Shown: positions 23,173 to 37,920 of the stretch, piece after piece | Numbering within the stretch: the first letter of the stretch is position 1 | Layout of the letters: each line of letters opens with the position of its first letter | NCBI GenBank assembly: GCA_043228905.1 | Contig: JBHGNT010000041.1 | Span: 124,001 to 188,000, forward strand | Direction: 5' to 3' | Origin: Azolla caroliniana | Lineage: Eukaryota > Plantae > Polypodiophyta | DNA: 64,000 nt | Notes under the pieces: generated by a model | What the model was told of the DNA's origin: nothing | Database searches by the model: none | The model's input: the letters and a program-made list of their open reading frames with translations, nothing else | Made by a program: the position numbers and the translations under genes

Positions 23173-23369
23173 CACAACAAAAAAAAATGTTGTCCAGCTC
23201 ATATTGAATTAATGCAAACTAATAAATCACTCGGTGTTTGGCTCGTAAAGCTTTGTGCAATTAAAATTAACAATTTGCACTAACATAGGTAGCCATCTAC
23301 CAATACAGACCTGATCTATGGATTTATTGTGGTAATAGTTCAGAATAATAATTTGTGTATCAAAAACTT

Positions 23370-26300
23370 TTAACCAGGAGGTCGAGCACCCTGTTTAGAT
23401 GTTCCAAAGTAGTTTGTGACTATGCCCATGACTGCAAACCTGAAGAAAAGAAATAGAGAAGAAAAAAACACATTACAAACCTGATGATGGGGAAAGTTAC
23501 AGCAGTCATATCGGAAAAACTTACGTCATTGCCATCACAATTTGTTTTAGATCATTCTCTATATCCCTTATATTAGCCAATGCTTGCGCACAGAAAATCA
23601 AAGCCAGCCAGGAACCAATTTTGTACTGTTTTAAAGATAGAGATGATTATAAACTCTCTCGCTCTCTCTTTCTCTCTCTCTAGATTGCACCCACAAGTTT
23701 CCTACAACTAATGGGCATATATGTTTCAACTACTGTTACACCATGCAATCTTTGAGGAATTCTAATGACTTGTCGTTCCAAACAGATCTGAGTAGGTAAC
23801 TTGAGGGGTTCTCATAGAGTTGCAAATCTGTGTAGGTCTTCTATCCTTATTTGCAGTCAACAGGTTTCCTATTAGTTGGGATCTTCGGTTGTATAGTCAG
23901 AGACCTAATTTCCAGACTTCAGGAATGTGGGTAGTGGATACAATTTATTCAATAATCCGGATGAAATCTTATCAATATTGCCATGGAGCTTTCCAAGAGC
24001 TAGTTGTCGCATTTGTATCAATATCCCACTGAAAGACAGGCTTTTGTTATAGTTTCATTGTATGCGTTTGCATCATAATTCCATAGTCAAGTACCTATTG
24101 AAATTCCGATTGCATCATTTAACAAAAGCAATGCCTCAGACTTTTAAAACCAATTCAAAGTACTTTCCTCTTGAAATACATTTATAAATAGTTATGGTTG
24201 ATAAATGTTCCAACAGACCCTGATCTAACATTGTATAAAGCTGTATTTGAGACTGATTGATATCGCAGATGGAAAGAGTAATAAATACTTGATATACTGT
24301 ATGGAGATTAATGATTGGGTTTTAGGCAAAACAAAGTCATTCAGTACTGAAAAACTCAAATCAACCTATCAATGTCACCTTGAATCTCAACAAGGTATGA
24401 GTCCAAGATTTCAGCGGAACATCAATGCCGACGGCTTCTCAGGTGCCCAAATAAACTACATTTGTGATGGTATACACTGACACCACATCAACAATGGCAA
24501 ACCTCTTTGTGACCCCAAACATCAACAAATATCAGAAGCATTGTTTAGCCCTCAAAGGTATTCTATGATGATAATGCCTTGTCCCTCGAAGAACGCCCCT
24601 TTCACAGCCAGGCATGCTCTACCCAGCCTGCATCACTGAAGAACTACCCAACGTGAACAGCTGATTTGAGTGCCCAGTCACAATGTTGTTTTTGGACAAC
24701 AGTGACCCCTAGTATTGAAGTTTTAGACTTTGCCAAATTTGACTACCATTTCAACATCAATATAAAGCCCTAAAACATAAGTTTCTTTGGACCAGACCAG
24801 ATGTAAAAACAAAGTGTAGCTCAATCATTATTGGAACCTAAACAAACACAAGGCAGTGAAGTTCACCATCCATCGAGACCTGATCATAATCAGGCAGAAT
24901 GGGATTCAGGTTGGAAAAACACTGATCCATCCATCCACAACAGTTGAGCCCAAATGTCCACCCTAAACATGATACTAGTTTGTTTGTTAAACTCAAGATA
25001 TTGACAATGACTACTGAGGACAAGCCAAGCCAAACAACCGCTTCAAGAACACTCACTGCCTCTTGAAACAATGATTACTAATCAATCTCCAAGTACAGAC
25101 AATTCCAACAAATTTCAACAAAAAGAAGGCGTTACTGCAACTTTATGTGAAAGTTCAAAACATTGGGAATCAGAACGTAGAACAAAAGCACAACAAGAAA
25201 ATTACAAACCTCAATCTTGCATAGTAGATCTTCAAGAACATTCATGGGACAAAGATAAAATGCATCTCTTCAACACAACGATTACTAATCACTCTCCAAG
25301 GCACCGAAAGTAGTAGTTATTAGTGTTGGTTTGAAATTTGCACCTACCATTCTGGCTGCATTTAATAGGGTGGTCCAGTTTTCAAGATTGGTCAATATCT
25401 TCTCCTTCTTAAAGATTCAAGTTGATCCAATGTTTGATGACTGAGACTTACATGAACCAGGGTATATCTGTGGGTGTATAGGTTCTTTCGGAACTCCCCC
25501 ATCTCAAGAATGGAAATTCATTCATTCAAGAAGTAGACCAGCTTGACTCAGATGTCCATGACTATTTCATTTGGGCTTCTTAGTATTGATGTCCCAGGAT
25601 ATCATATTAGGGTCACCTGGAGAACGTTCGAGAATTTTGCCACATATGATGTCCCACAATTGAGGATGAAAGAGGTGCATTTTCATTTGTACTTGACATG
25701 CTGCATAATAGTTGATGCCTGTCAATTTCTCTAAGTGAATGGATCTTGATATGCTTGTAGAGCATGCGACTGCATGAGAGTTAGGGTTGAAGAGTTTTCA
25801 GTGGCAGCAGTTGTGTCTGGGTTTACTGTGGTCATTCTCTAGTTCTGCTGGTTGCATCAGAGAGAAAGAAATTGTTGTGTAGGTTAATTAAGGATGTTGT
25901 GGTGCAGAGAGACTAAAACTGCACACGATAATTATGTATGTGCAAAGGATATATTTTTCTGAGACCTTGTGATGGAGAATACGTTGACAGGAAATTTGAA
26001 TTAACTGTTTCCTTGATTCATGCAAATTAAGAAATAACTGCTGTAAACAAATTCAAAATGTATTTAACTCAGAATTTGGTTCCGATTATCTTTTCAATGT
26101 CTTCTCCCTGACAGACATAGGAAGCTGGACATGGTTATCTAATAATTGGAGGATGCCTGCCAATAATTGTGAGGCACTTTCTGGGTGACATTGTTTATGC
26201 ATCAGGATGCTATCACATTGTAATCATACGGCTTGTATGTTATCTCAGTGCAATAGCTTGAAAAGGGTCGCTTCTTCTTTGATTTGTATGGAAATTTCAG

Positions 26301-26799
26301 TCCCACGAGTCATGTTTGCCTTGCAGAGGTTGATACTAGATCAACATGACAGATTTGAAGGAGCAACAGTCTCAACGAAAATAGAATAGATGGATCGAGG
26401 ACAGTGGATCAGATAAAAAAAAGAGAGAGATGAAAAATAACAAAAAAGATAGATGTATCTATGCACGTTGAAATCACAAAAAAGAAACCATGGGATCGAT
26501 CAAACCATTCGAAAAAAAGAGCCGATGGAATCAAATGAGGGAAAGATCGATGAAACAGTGGAAAGAAAATATCATTACAAGGAAGAAAGAACAGAATATA
26601 TCAATCAAGAAGATGCACAGACGAGAAGAGGAGAGGGAAAAAAGGGGAGAAGATTTACCCGGAGCATAACGCCTGCGACGCCAAAGAGGATGGCGAGGAA
26701 GCTGGAGTAGTCGAGAGGGAGATCTTGAGGATTGATGGGAGAAGGCGCATAGGGTTTTGCAGCAGAAGGGAGCCTGGGGTCTGAAGAATACGAAGACAT
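23370..26799 (-). CDS. Asterix / PAT complex subunit (UPF0139, WDR83OS homolog), 103 aa. Exons 26799-26659, 23625-23525, 23439-23370
   Basis: Spliced product MSSYSSDPRLPSAAKPY...DYSSFLAILFGVAGVMLR-YKIGSWLALIFCAQALAN...DLKQIVMAMT-FAVMGIVTNYFG; GT-AG introns; 312 nt total. Confidence 0.9.
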
Positions 26800-26859
26800 T
26801 TCTTCTTCTTCTTCTTCTTCTTCTTCTGCTTCTACTTCTTTGTCTTCTGCTTCTACTTC

Positions 26860-26891
<32 letters not shown>

Positions 26892-26915
26892 CTTCTGCTT
26901 CTGCTTCTGCTTTCT
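26800..26915. repeat. (GAA)n repeat in the Asterix 5' leader
   Basis: (TTC)n on the + strand directly abutting the ATG. Confidence 0.85.
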
Positions 26916-26924
26916 GTAGTCTAA

Positions 26925-27073
26925 CAATCGGCAACGGTTCGGTTCGGTTCGAGAGGGTCAAAACCGAACCGGTTTGGAACTGAAACGTTAATTATTTTTT
27001 TGAACCGAACCGTTTAACCGTTAGGCCGCGGTTTCGCGTTTCGGTCCGGTTCAAACCGAACCGTTGCCAATTG
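26925..27073. mobile_element. 149-bp MITE with AACCG subterminal repeats
   Basis: TIRs CAATCGGCAACGGTTCGG / CCGAACCGTTGCCAATTG; no clear TSD. Confidence 0.75.
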
Positions 27074-27879
27074 TTATTCTGTACTAAAGAAGAACAAAAA
27101 TATTCCCCACTTCAAACTCATGGGCGCATACATACATTCATACATACATACATACATCCATACATACAATATAGACCGATGTGTCTATTATGATACAAAT
27201 CATTAATAGGTTTGGCGAGGGAATCGCCGGCCCTGGATAGTGCAGGTCGCTCGAAGCATGGCGCGTGCGATCCGCACCGTCCGATTTGGATAATAATAAA
27301 AATGCACGACCAAAAATGTTGTTAGAGGTCGCCCAACCCTATCAGAGGTCGCCCAACTACCTATTGTGGTCACCCAACCTACATATTCTAGTTGCCCAAC
27401 CTACCTATTGTGGTTGCCCAACCTAACTAAAGTGGTCACCCAACCTCTGTAACGTATGTGGTCGCCCAACCGAGTTTACATGTGGTCGCCCACCTGCCAT
27501 TTAAGTTTGGTCGCCCAACCTTTTAACCGACAAGTATAAAACCCTGAAACATGTCATTATCTCTCAAATTTTCAAACGAGATTGACAGGCTTTTTTTCCG
27601 GGAACGCGATTTTTCTTCAGGCAACTTGCAATCAACATTCCCAACAATCACTTCTGCAATCAGTGCCCTACTATTTCCCAGGTATGTATTTGTGTTTGTC
27701 TCTACATTTTTTGAATTTGTTTTTATGTGGTTGGCTTTTTCATGTTGAGGGATTAGGGTACAAAGACTGGTGGGATTCCGATAACGGTGAGATATATCCA
27801 ACTCAAGAGGGGTACATCATGAACCAATCTCCCCTAATAATGGTAATGATGTGTGATGCATGCGTGCTGACTAATGATT

Positions 27880-28560
27880 TGTTAAAGGGTTTTCGTTAGA
27901 AGACATTGGAGAAGTTGTGTAGTTGACATGTCTAAGGGTGGGGAGAGCATGGATCAGGCATTAGTGGTTCATCTGCCTCGGATCGAGCCGATACAACCCA
28001 TGGCAACATTCGAGGAAGATGATCCTCCTACATGTATGTAGATTTAGTCTCGTTGTATTATGTCAATCTTTATATAACACATATAGAAACAACAGATGCT
28101 CCTAGCCTTAGCTCGTTATATATGGTTGGAAGAGTTTGTGGCACGATTTATGGACCACGAGATGGCCATCTACGACTCCAAAAACGACGAGTGGTTGGAG
28201 ATGTTGAAGAAGAAGATTGGCCATCTACGACACCATTGTGTCCAAGGGTTGACATCATGAATTACACATCCCAACTCAGCCAAATGGTTGAGATTGTGGT
28301 TTTTACGTGATGAAGACTATACAGATGTTGATCGAGGAGTTCTTACGAGGATGGATATCTTCGGCTTTTGTAAGTGTAGTTACAAATGTCTTATTCATGT
28401 GGTTTTTGTATAACTGTGTTCTTATATATATTTGATGACAGGGCACAGAGATGTGGTTCACCAAACGCGAAGTGGATTCACTTCGGATTCATGTGGACGA
28501 GTGGCCACAAAGGGTACTGGGATTTGCACCTGCGATCAATGGCCTCATATTGTAAATTTT
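27880..28560 (+). pseudogene. Internally deleted Ulp1-like (peptidase C48) gene of MULE 1
   Basis: Homologous to 63400-64000 and 61720-62000 (FMDHEMAIYDSKNDEWLEM; QPNG*DCGFYVMKTIQM); intron GTAAGT..GACAG. Confidence 0.7.
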
Positions 28561-29174
28561 GGATTGGCTACAAATTTTTTATCATGGTTGTCATAGCCAC
28601 AGATATTAGACCTTGGCTGTCATATAATGGATATTATGTATACGACAAATATTGTAAATATCGTCATATTATTTGTACTAGAGTGGATGTTGTACATGTG
28701 GTATTATATTTTGTTATACATAGATATTGTAATATGGTCACCACTTTTTGTATAGTGAGTAGAGACTCATTGTATATCGAAAAAAACCAATTAATGGAAA
28801 AGTTGTTTATCTCAAGTGTTGGTAATCTTGGTAATCTCAAGTGTTGGACTCTTGCCCCAAAACCTGTTTTAGATTCAAAGATATGTTGTTTTCTCATTCA
28901 TAGTGTGATTTGTGTTTGCTATATTTCAAAGATATGTTGTTTTCTCAATTATAGTGTGATTTGTGTCTGTTGTTTTTCAAAGATATGTTGTTTTCATATA
29001 TATGTTATTTCATAACCATTCAGGTCACCCAACCCTCTTAAATATGGTCTCCCAACCTGTTTAAAAAATATATCTTCTCGTAAATTAAGTCTAAAAAACA
29101 TCTCTTCTCATAAACAGGTTGCCCAACCTGTTTTAATATGGTCACCCAACTTATTGAATAGGTCGCCCAACCTA

Positions 29175-32100
29175 TTACTCCTTGATATTGCGATCAAGAG
29201 GGGTAGTCATAGGTTTGCACTCTGTCATTCCGAATTTGTACAGTAAGTTGAGGACGTAGTGCCGTTGTGAGATAATTATCCTGACTGGTGTTCGAATTAC
29301 TTCAATACCTAGGAAGTAATGAAGTTCGTGCAGGTCTTTCATTTCGAATCTGCCGGAAAGAAGTGGTTTAACTTTGTTAATCTCGGCGAGATCCTTTCCT
29401 CCGATGACCAAATCATCCACGTACAAGATGATGATTATCGGGCTATCCGACTCGTTTCGGATGTACAGGGAAGTGTCGAATTTTGACATCCAAAATCCGA
29501 CTTGATGAAGATACTGCGGGATCTTCGAATGCCAAGCACGCGGTGCTTGTTTTAGGCTGTAAAGTGGCATCTTGAGTCGACATATGGCGTGGAGATGTTT
29601 ACGTGATTCGAATCTGGGTGGTTGTATCATATACACTTCTTCTTCTAGCTCTCCTTAGAGGAAGGCGTTTTTCACGTCCATCTGGTGGAGGTGCCACCCT
29701 TTCGCTGCGGCGAGTGCAATTACGGTTCGTACTGTGATCATCTTTGTCACCGGGGCAAAGGTTTCTTCATAGTCTACACCGTGTGTTTGCATGTATCCTT
29801 TTGCAACGAGCCGTACTTTGAAGCGATTTACAGAGCCGTCGACATTATGTTTCACTTTGTAAATCCACCTACAACTGATCAATTTCTTGTTTGGGGGATG
29901 AGGAACGAGATCCCATGTCTCGTTTTTACATAACACTTCCATTTCCTCATTCATCGCATTAACCCATCGCGGATCCTTCACGGCTTCAGAAAGCGTTTCT
30001 GGCTCCTGTACTGGCGCTACCTTCATCATGAAGGTGTAATGATAGGCTAAGTACTCATCATAGCCGTAGCGGTTTACGGGGTTCTTCTCACGCGTAGATC
30101 GGCGTGGCTTGTTGTTTGAGAACTCTAGAGGTTTCTTCACGTCGTTCATGTGAATGTCAAGGCCTTCGAACTCACTGTCAAGATCGAAATGATCTTCGTA
30201 TTCCTGCATTTTCGCCTTGCCTTTGTCTAGCTTTGGACTTGGCCGAAATGTGCTTTTATCACTTGGGGGCTCTTGTGGTCCACTCAGCCATGTCATAGTT
30301 GGGCTGTCTTTGAACATCTGCATGAGCCAATCCTCGGCTTCTATTCTTATTTCGGTGTCATCCGCGTCGAGCGGAGTTGAAGTATTCTCTGGTGCGTACC
30401 AGGATGCGGCCTTGTCGAAGACTACATCTCGACTGATGCGAACTTTTCGGGTAGATGGGTTATAGCATTTGTACCCCTTTTGTTCAAGCGAGTATCCCAC
30501 AAGGATACATTTCTCCGACTTTGGATCAAGTTTTTGCCGCGTATCGTCGGGAATGTGTACATAGGCGATTGAGCCAAAAATGCGGACATGCGATAAGTTC
30601 GGCTTCTTCCCGAAAAACTTCTCTTGCGGAGTTATGTTGTGTACTCTTGAGGTTGTGCACCTGTTCATGAGGTATACTATTGTATTTGCCGCTTCTACCC
30701 AGTATGATTTCGCCAAGTTCTTCTCATTCATCATAGCTCGTGCGACTTTGACTATGTGCTTGTTTTTCCACTCTACTACGCCGTTTTGTTGAGGCCTATG
30801 TCGGCACGAGAACTCTCGTCGGATTCCTTCTTTTTGGAGATACTCCATGAACTCATCCGAAAAGTATTCTTTACCTCCGTCTGATCGAAGGCAGCGTACA
30901 TGACGACTCGTAGCTTTTTCTACTTCGGCTTTGAACTTCTGGAAGTGTCTGAACACTTCGCTCTTCTGTCTCATCGGGTAGATCCAGGTGTTCCTGGAGA
31001 AGTCGTCGATGAATGTGACATAATAACGGCATCCGCTGAAGGTAGTCGTTTGGGCTGGTCCCCACACATATGAATGTATTACATCCAGGATCCCTTTGCT
31101 CACATTCCGCTCCTTAGAGAATGGGTGACGGTGTTGCTTTCCGAATTGGCATGCTTCGCACACGCCCGTGATCTCCTTTGCCGTAAAGTTCGGAAGTCCG
31201 ATTACGACTCCTTTCGTCTGCATGTTCTGAAGCTTCGGGAGACTAATGTGGCCGATCCTCTTGTGCCACAATTTCAAGTCAGTTTCGACTTTCTGGACCT
31301 TTGCGTACATGGCCGACTTTACCTCGCTCGACTCGAGGATGAACATACGGCCTTCACGACGGCCGTGGGCTACGATTCGATCGCCTTTTTCGATAAAACA
31401 ACCGTCATTTTTGAATCGTACTTGCATTCCTTGTTCGACAATTTGACCTACTAAGATTAGGTTCTTCGTGATTGTTGGGACATGCAAAACGTTCTTGAGG
31501 TAAGTTTGGTCCCCGTCATTTCCGAATGGGACATTCCTGATATGTTGTATTGAATGAGTCGTGTCATCGCCAGTCTCGACATATCCGGGCTCATCCGGTT
31601 TACGCAGTTCCCGGAACCAATCTTCATGAGACGTCATATGGTTGGACGCACCCGAATCAACAAACCATACACTATTTGAGGTGGAGGCGCTAGTTGAAGC
31701 CAGTGCGAACATTGAGTGTGCTTTATGCCTCATTATGAACATTCCGCCACGATCGCCGTAGTTAAAATTTGTTGCGTAGTTTGTGAGTTGTTGGCCTGCC
31801 TCACGTTTCTTCTTCCAGCACTCTTCTTCGTAGTGGTTGGGTTTTCTGCAATACCCGCACTCAACTAGGTTTCGGCGATTGCTCGATCCAACGTTATGAC
31901 TCCCCCTTCCGCCAAGTTCTCTGGGCTCGTTCTTGTCTGCTTGCCACTGGTGGGAGTTAGGCCCTTGATTCCGCCGATCATTATGGCCTTGTCCGAAATG
32001 ACCTCTATTTCCACGACCGAAATCTCTTCTATTATCCGACTAGGAGTAGAGCAAATGACCATCTGATGCGTTGCTCCTCTATCGAGCATGATTCTCTTTG

Positions 32101-32550
32101 ACCAACAATATCGATTGAAGGTCGAAGAAGGAGGGAGGGTTCTCCCTTGCAAGAATGGCTGATCTAATCGCGCTGAAACACGGTGCTAAGCCTCCGAGGC
32201 ATATATGCACTAGTTCGTCATCATCAATGACGACGTTGATCGATCTGAGGGCGTCACATAGCTCCTTGATCTTCAAGGTATAGCTTGAGATTGACATGTC
32301 CCTTTGTTGGATGCTATTCAACTCCTAATGCAGCTGGAGCTTGCGTGCGGCCGTGTTGGCTGCGAAAATCTTTTTGAGATTTTCCCATGCCTGCTTCGGC
32401 GTTTTTGCCTCTCGAATGTAGCCACACATATGATCATGAATGCATGATGCTAGACAATACAACACACGGCTCGCGACCTGCTGCCAAGCGGGATAGTCGG
32501 CATGTGTTGGGTGGGGTTGTGTTTCGTGAGCTCCTTCAATGTAGCTCCAG
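29175..32550 (-). pseudogene. Copia A gag-pol, disrupted
   Basis: ORF pieces 29175-29636, 29655-31742 and 32079-32321, separated by stops and frameshifts. Confidence 0.85.
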
Positions 32551-32551
32551 T

Positions 32552-32638
32552 TGTTGAGGACAAGGCCGTCAATGCGGAAGATCAAATAGCATTCGATTCG
32601 TGTTGAGTACCTGCGTATGACAGTTTCCAAGATCGTGC

Positions 32639-32679
<41 letters not shown>

Positions 32680-35600
32680 CACAAAAGAGTCTTTCTATTC
32701 AATAGAAACAATAATACAACCAACCTTACAAAAAGGTTACAAGGTCACTATATATAGTGACCGACTTAGGGCAACTACCATTTATGCTAATTACACAAAT
32801 GGCCCAAACTTGATCTATACAAAGGGATAGTGTGAATACGTCCATTATACACTTGTATTCGACACTCCCCCATAATGGGCGTATACATGGGTTATCTAAG
32901 ATTAAAGGTATAAACCTAGGTTCTCGGACATATCAGTTTTGTTCGAGTCGGCAGGGTCCGAAGGCAGAAGACCGGACTGGTCGGGTCGGAAGAGTTGAAG
33001 CCGATCATTAGGGAACTGATGTCGGTTGTCTGAAACCATCCTGCGTTGTGTCCGGCTCTAACCGGACTAGTTTGTCGTTACGCCCATCTGATGCCGAAGG
33101 GACCGAAAGCGGTCTGCCGAAAGACACTTGGTCATTCCATCTGCGACATTGTCGGTTGTGGATATTTTCTCTAGACCGATTTTCCCTGAAATGACGCAGT
33201 CCCGAACGAAGTGATATCGAACGTCGATATGTTTGGAGGCGTTGTGGTGAACCGGATTTCTCGACAAGGCAACAACACCTTGACTGTCGCTATAGACAAC
33301 TGGAGCCGAGTCATGGTCGACTTGCCGAAACGTGTGCGCCAGCCGGCCGAGCCACAAAGCTTCTTTTGTAGCGTCGGACGCAACTACATATTCTGCTTTG
33401 GTCGTTGAGGTCGCTGTGCACTCCTGAAGTTTTGACTTCCACGAAATTGCTCCATTGCCGAATTTGAAGCAGTATCCGGTTGTTGATTTCCGACTGTCTA
33501 TACAGCCGGCGAAGTCCGAGTCGGTGTAACCGACTACGCCTGAGGTTGAGTTCGGACCGAAAAGAATGCCGTGATCTTTTGTGCCAGCCAGATATTTGAA
33601 CACATGCTTGACTGCGTTCCAATGCGATCGGCCAGGATTGTGCATAAATCTGCTAACGACTCCTACGGCATGAGAAATATCAGGCCGTGTCGCGACCATC
33701 AGGTACATAAGGGAGCCAACTGCCGGTGCATACGGTACCGACTTCATATCTTCCCCCTCCGGACCGGATGTCGGGCAGTCTCGCTGAGAGAGCCGAAGAT
33801 TCATGGGGAGCGGGGTTGAAGCAGATTTGGCTGATTGCATGTTGAAGCATTCCAAGACACGTCCGATATAGTCGGTCTGAGACAAAAAAAGATGTCGTTT
33901 ATCGCGATGCCGACTAATCTTCATGCCAAGTATGTGTCGTGCCGGACCGAGGTCCTTCATGGCAAACTTCAACCGCAGTTGCCGAATGAGATCGGCAAGT
34001 TCGCCCGCGTGGCGTCCAGAAATTAGCATGTCGTCCACGTAAATGATGAGGAAGATGGGTGATCCATCTTGAGCTGTGTTGGTAAAAAGACAATGGTCCT
34101 CATCGCTTTTTGAGAAGCCGATCGATTGGATGAAGTCGTCGAACTTCTTGTACCATTGTCGCGGTGCCTGTTTGAGGCCGTATAGACTCTTCCTGAGTCG
34201 GCAGACTAGATGTTCTTGGCCAGTTGCCACGAAGCCTTTTGGCTGTTCCATATAAATTTCCTCTTCAAGATCACCATGGAGGAAGGCTGTTTTGACATCT
34301 AGCTGAATCAGCTCCAAGTTGTCGGCTGCCACTACGCCGAGCAGAAAACGAAGGGTTGTCATTTTCACCACTGGTGAAAAAATCTCGTCGAAGTCGACGC
34401 CATATTCTTGTCGGAAGCCCTTCGCAACTAATCTGGCCTTGTACTTTGGGGTGGTCGAATCAGACGTCTCTTTTAGTCGATAAACCCACTTGCAAGGAAG
34501 AGCACGTCGATTCTTAGGTAGTTCGACCAGATCCCAGGTCTTGTTTGCCCGAATGGAGTGCATTTCCGACTCCATCGCCAGATGCCAGGTGGCTGAATCG
34601 ACAGATGTCGATGCTTCTTCGTAAGACGTCGGTTCGCCGGCGTCGGTGAAGAAAATGCCAGGAGAATACCTTTCCGGAGGTTGCGACAGTCTCTCGGATC
34701 GTCGAGGTATGATTGGACTGGTCGCATCGGGTATCGAGGTCGGATGGTCCGAAAGCGAATTATTCTGCTGTGCCGAGTCAGAGTTGTCCGAGTCGGTGGT
34801 ATAAGGTTCAGCTACCCGTGAAGCTGACCGTGTGTTAAGAGCGGGGCCTTCTTGAAGGGTCGGCACATCGGAAAATGTTACCCTTCGGACTTCGATCGGT
34901 TTTTCGACTGATGGATTCATAGCCGACTCGTTGAACACAACGTCCGAACTTCGAACGATTTGTCTGCGTTCGGGGTCCCAGAGTCGGTATCCCATTTCGT
35001 CGTCTGATCCATATCCAAGGAAAATGCATTTCCTGGACCGAGGTGCAAGTTTTCGGCGATCATCTTTCGGAATAAGGGCGTATGCCTCGCATCCGAAGAT
35101 CCTCAGCTTGTCGTAATTCGGCTTACTGCCGATCCATAGTTCCTGAGGAATTTGAAGTCCTAGAGGTCTGCTTGGCGACATATTGATTATGTGTACTGCC
35201 GTGAGTAGAGCCTCTGCCCAGAAGCCATCCGACAGTCCGGAGTGTTGGAGCATGGAAACTATCCGTTCTTGGATTGTCCGATTCATGCGTTCTGCAATCC
35301 CGTTTTGCTCCGGACTGTGTGGTGCCGTAAATTCACGTCGGATGCCGCGTTGTCGGCAGAATTTGACGAATTCTTCTGATTTGAACTCTCCCCCATTGTC
35401 GGTCCGAAAGCATTTCAGTTTTCGGTCAGTTTGATTTTCTACCAGAGCGAGCCAATCGGAGAAGATCGAGAAGACACGATCTTTGGTGCGAATTGGATAA
35501 GCCCACACCTTTCGAGTCGAATCGTCAATAAAACTGACGAAGTAAGAGGCACCGCCGAGAGACTGATGCGGCATTGGGCCACAGACGTCCGAGTGGACTA

Positions 35601-37871
35601 AATCGAGAGGTCTCGTTTCTCTTGGTGCTGATGTCGGGTGTGATGCGGCTGCTTGTTTGCCATACTGGCAATGTTCGCAGAATTGATGGTCCGAGAAGGA
35701 GAGTTTAGGGATGTATCCGGTTCTAGATAGGTGCGTAATGCCGGCCTTGCTGAGGTGTCCTAATCTTCTGTGCCATAGTGATGACACAGGAATATCCACC
35801 AAAAACAGGTTACCCTCTCTGAGCGTAACATGTAACGGATACAGTGAGTGTATCTTGGGTCCTCTAGCAAGCAGGAGGTTCCCCCTGTGGAGTGTCCACC
35901 CTCCCGAAGAAAAACCGGCATGAATGCCGTCTTCATCTAGTTGTCCGACTGAGATCAATGGCCGTGAGAGCTCGGGTACATGTCGGACATTGTGAAGTAC
36001 AAGTGTAGAGCCACCTGCAAGGTTGAGCTCTACTGTGCCGATTCCAATGATGTCATAGTGTTGCGAGTTGCCGACTCGAACTGAGTCGGAGTGACGGATC
36101 GTATATTGCCGAAATTGGGATCGATGAGGAGTCACGTGAAATGACGCGCCCGAATCTAAGAGCCATGTGCTCGATTCTTCAGTCGTGAGCAGAACTTCTG
36201 ATCCGACTGGATTTTCGATTGATAGTATATTCGGGTCGTTTGGTAGCACATCAGCTGAGAAGCTGACGTAATTGATCTCCTCATGCCGGCCACTCTTCTT
36301 GTCTGATTTCTGAGACTTGTCGTTCTTGTTCTTGAGTGCGCGGCAGTCGGCTTTGATGTGTCCGGGTTTCTTGCAATAGTTGCAGATTCGATTATCCCGT
36401 GACTGGCTCCGTCTTCGCTGATTGTTCGGCTGCCGTGAGGAATCTCTTCCTCGTATGTTCGATCGTTCTGTCGAACCTTGTACTACATAAGCGTCGTCTG
36501 TTGAGTCTTTGGCGAAAGACTTTCTCCGAGCTGCTTCGGTCAGGATTGCGCTCGTGACTTCGGAGTATTTAATAGCCGTGGTTGACGCGTTGCACACGGT
36601 TGTGACGAAAGTTTCCCATGATGAGGGAAGGCTGCTCATGAGTATCATTGCTCTGAGTTCATCCTCGATTGCCGTCCCCTGAGATGAGATTTGGGAGCTT
36701 ATGCTTTCGTACTCATTGAGATGTGCTTGAACCGAATCTGATTCTTTCATCCGCAAGTTGTAGAGGCTCCGGATCAGAAACATCTTTGTTGCAGCGACCT
36801 TCTTTTCGTAAGTGTCCGACAGTGTTTTCCACAGTTCGAATGCTATCGTACACGATTACACCGTAAAGTATACCGATTCCGATAGGTGCATCCGAATCGT
36901 GGCGCGGACGATTCTGTCCAGCTTCTGCCACTCAATTGGTTTGTATCCTTCTGGAGGTTCTTCATTTTCGATGGGATCGATTTGCCCCTTGACTATGAGA
37001 TAGTCCTGCATTTGCTCCTTCCAGAAGTTGAAGTTCGATCCATCGAACTTTCGTAGACTCATTTCTGACGAGCCGGATGTTGATGCCATCAAATTTGGTT
37101 TCGGTTGACGAAGCTCGGTTCGGAGTTGACTACGAACCTTGTTGGAGTGCAGCCGGTTGGCTCACCCGATATCGTTCTAGTCGGATTTGAACTCGAGTCG
37201 GTTCGGCTTCGGATATATGTATTGTTGAACTTGCTCGAATTGACTCCGGTAACTTGAGGGACAGAACCGACTGGTCTTCCCGAATGTTGCCGAGTCGGAG
37301 TGAGCCCGGTTCGCTTCCGAATATATATGCCAAATACCGATTATTGAAACCGATTGTCTGGACCGATTCTGCTTCGGGTGACTGCAGCGACGAGAGAGAC
37401 AGATCCAACTGATCCTCCCGAATGTCGATCAGCCGGATGAAGCACGAATTTGGGTTGTTGTCTTGAGACCGATCTGCACCGAGTGGTTACAATGAGCTGC
37501 GAGCAGCGTTTGATGACCTCTTCGGATGTCGTTTAACCGAGTGGAGCACGATCGTGTCAATGTTGCACAAGGGGATTTCACCTCGAGCGGTTACGATCAC
37601 AAGGAACAGAGTACAACCGGCTGGCTTACTCCAAGCGAAGATGATCTAACGCGATGAGATGCAAGCCTCGTTTTTCTTCTTCTTCTCTCTTCTTCGAATG
37701 ACGCTAGAAACCGAATGCTGTGCAGGCTGAGGCGACGGCCGACAGCGGGTTGAAGGACCGAATACTGTGCAGGCTCTGATACCAGATGTTGAGGACAAGG
37801 CCGTCAATGCGGAAGATCAAATAGCATTCGATTCGTGTTGAGTACCTGCGTATGACAGTTTCCAAGATCGT

Positions 37872-37920
<49 letters not shown>

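Noticed and set aside
24300-26400. Possible coding or LINE remnants in Asterix intron 1
   Set aside because: Only faint motif hints; too decayed to call by eye.
26605-26961. 118-aa ORF with a poly-Glu N-terminus
   Set aside because: The poly-E is the (GAA)n leader read from a TTG inside the MITE; the Asterix homology starts at ATG 26799.
36856-36858. Programmed readthrough in Copia B (and at 41713 in the LINE)
   Set aside because: The stops fall inside Gag and inside the endonuclease, not at domain boundaries, and each is explained by a single substitution such as C>T.
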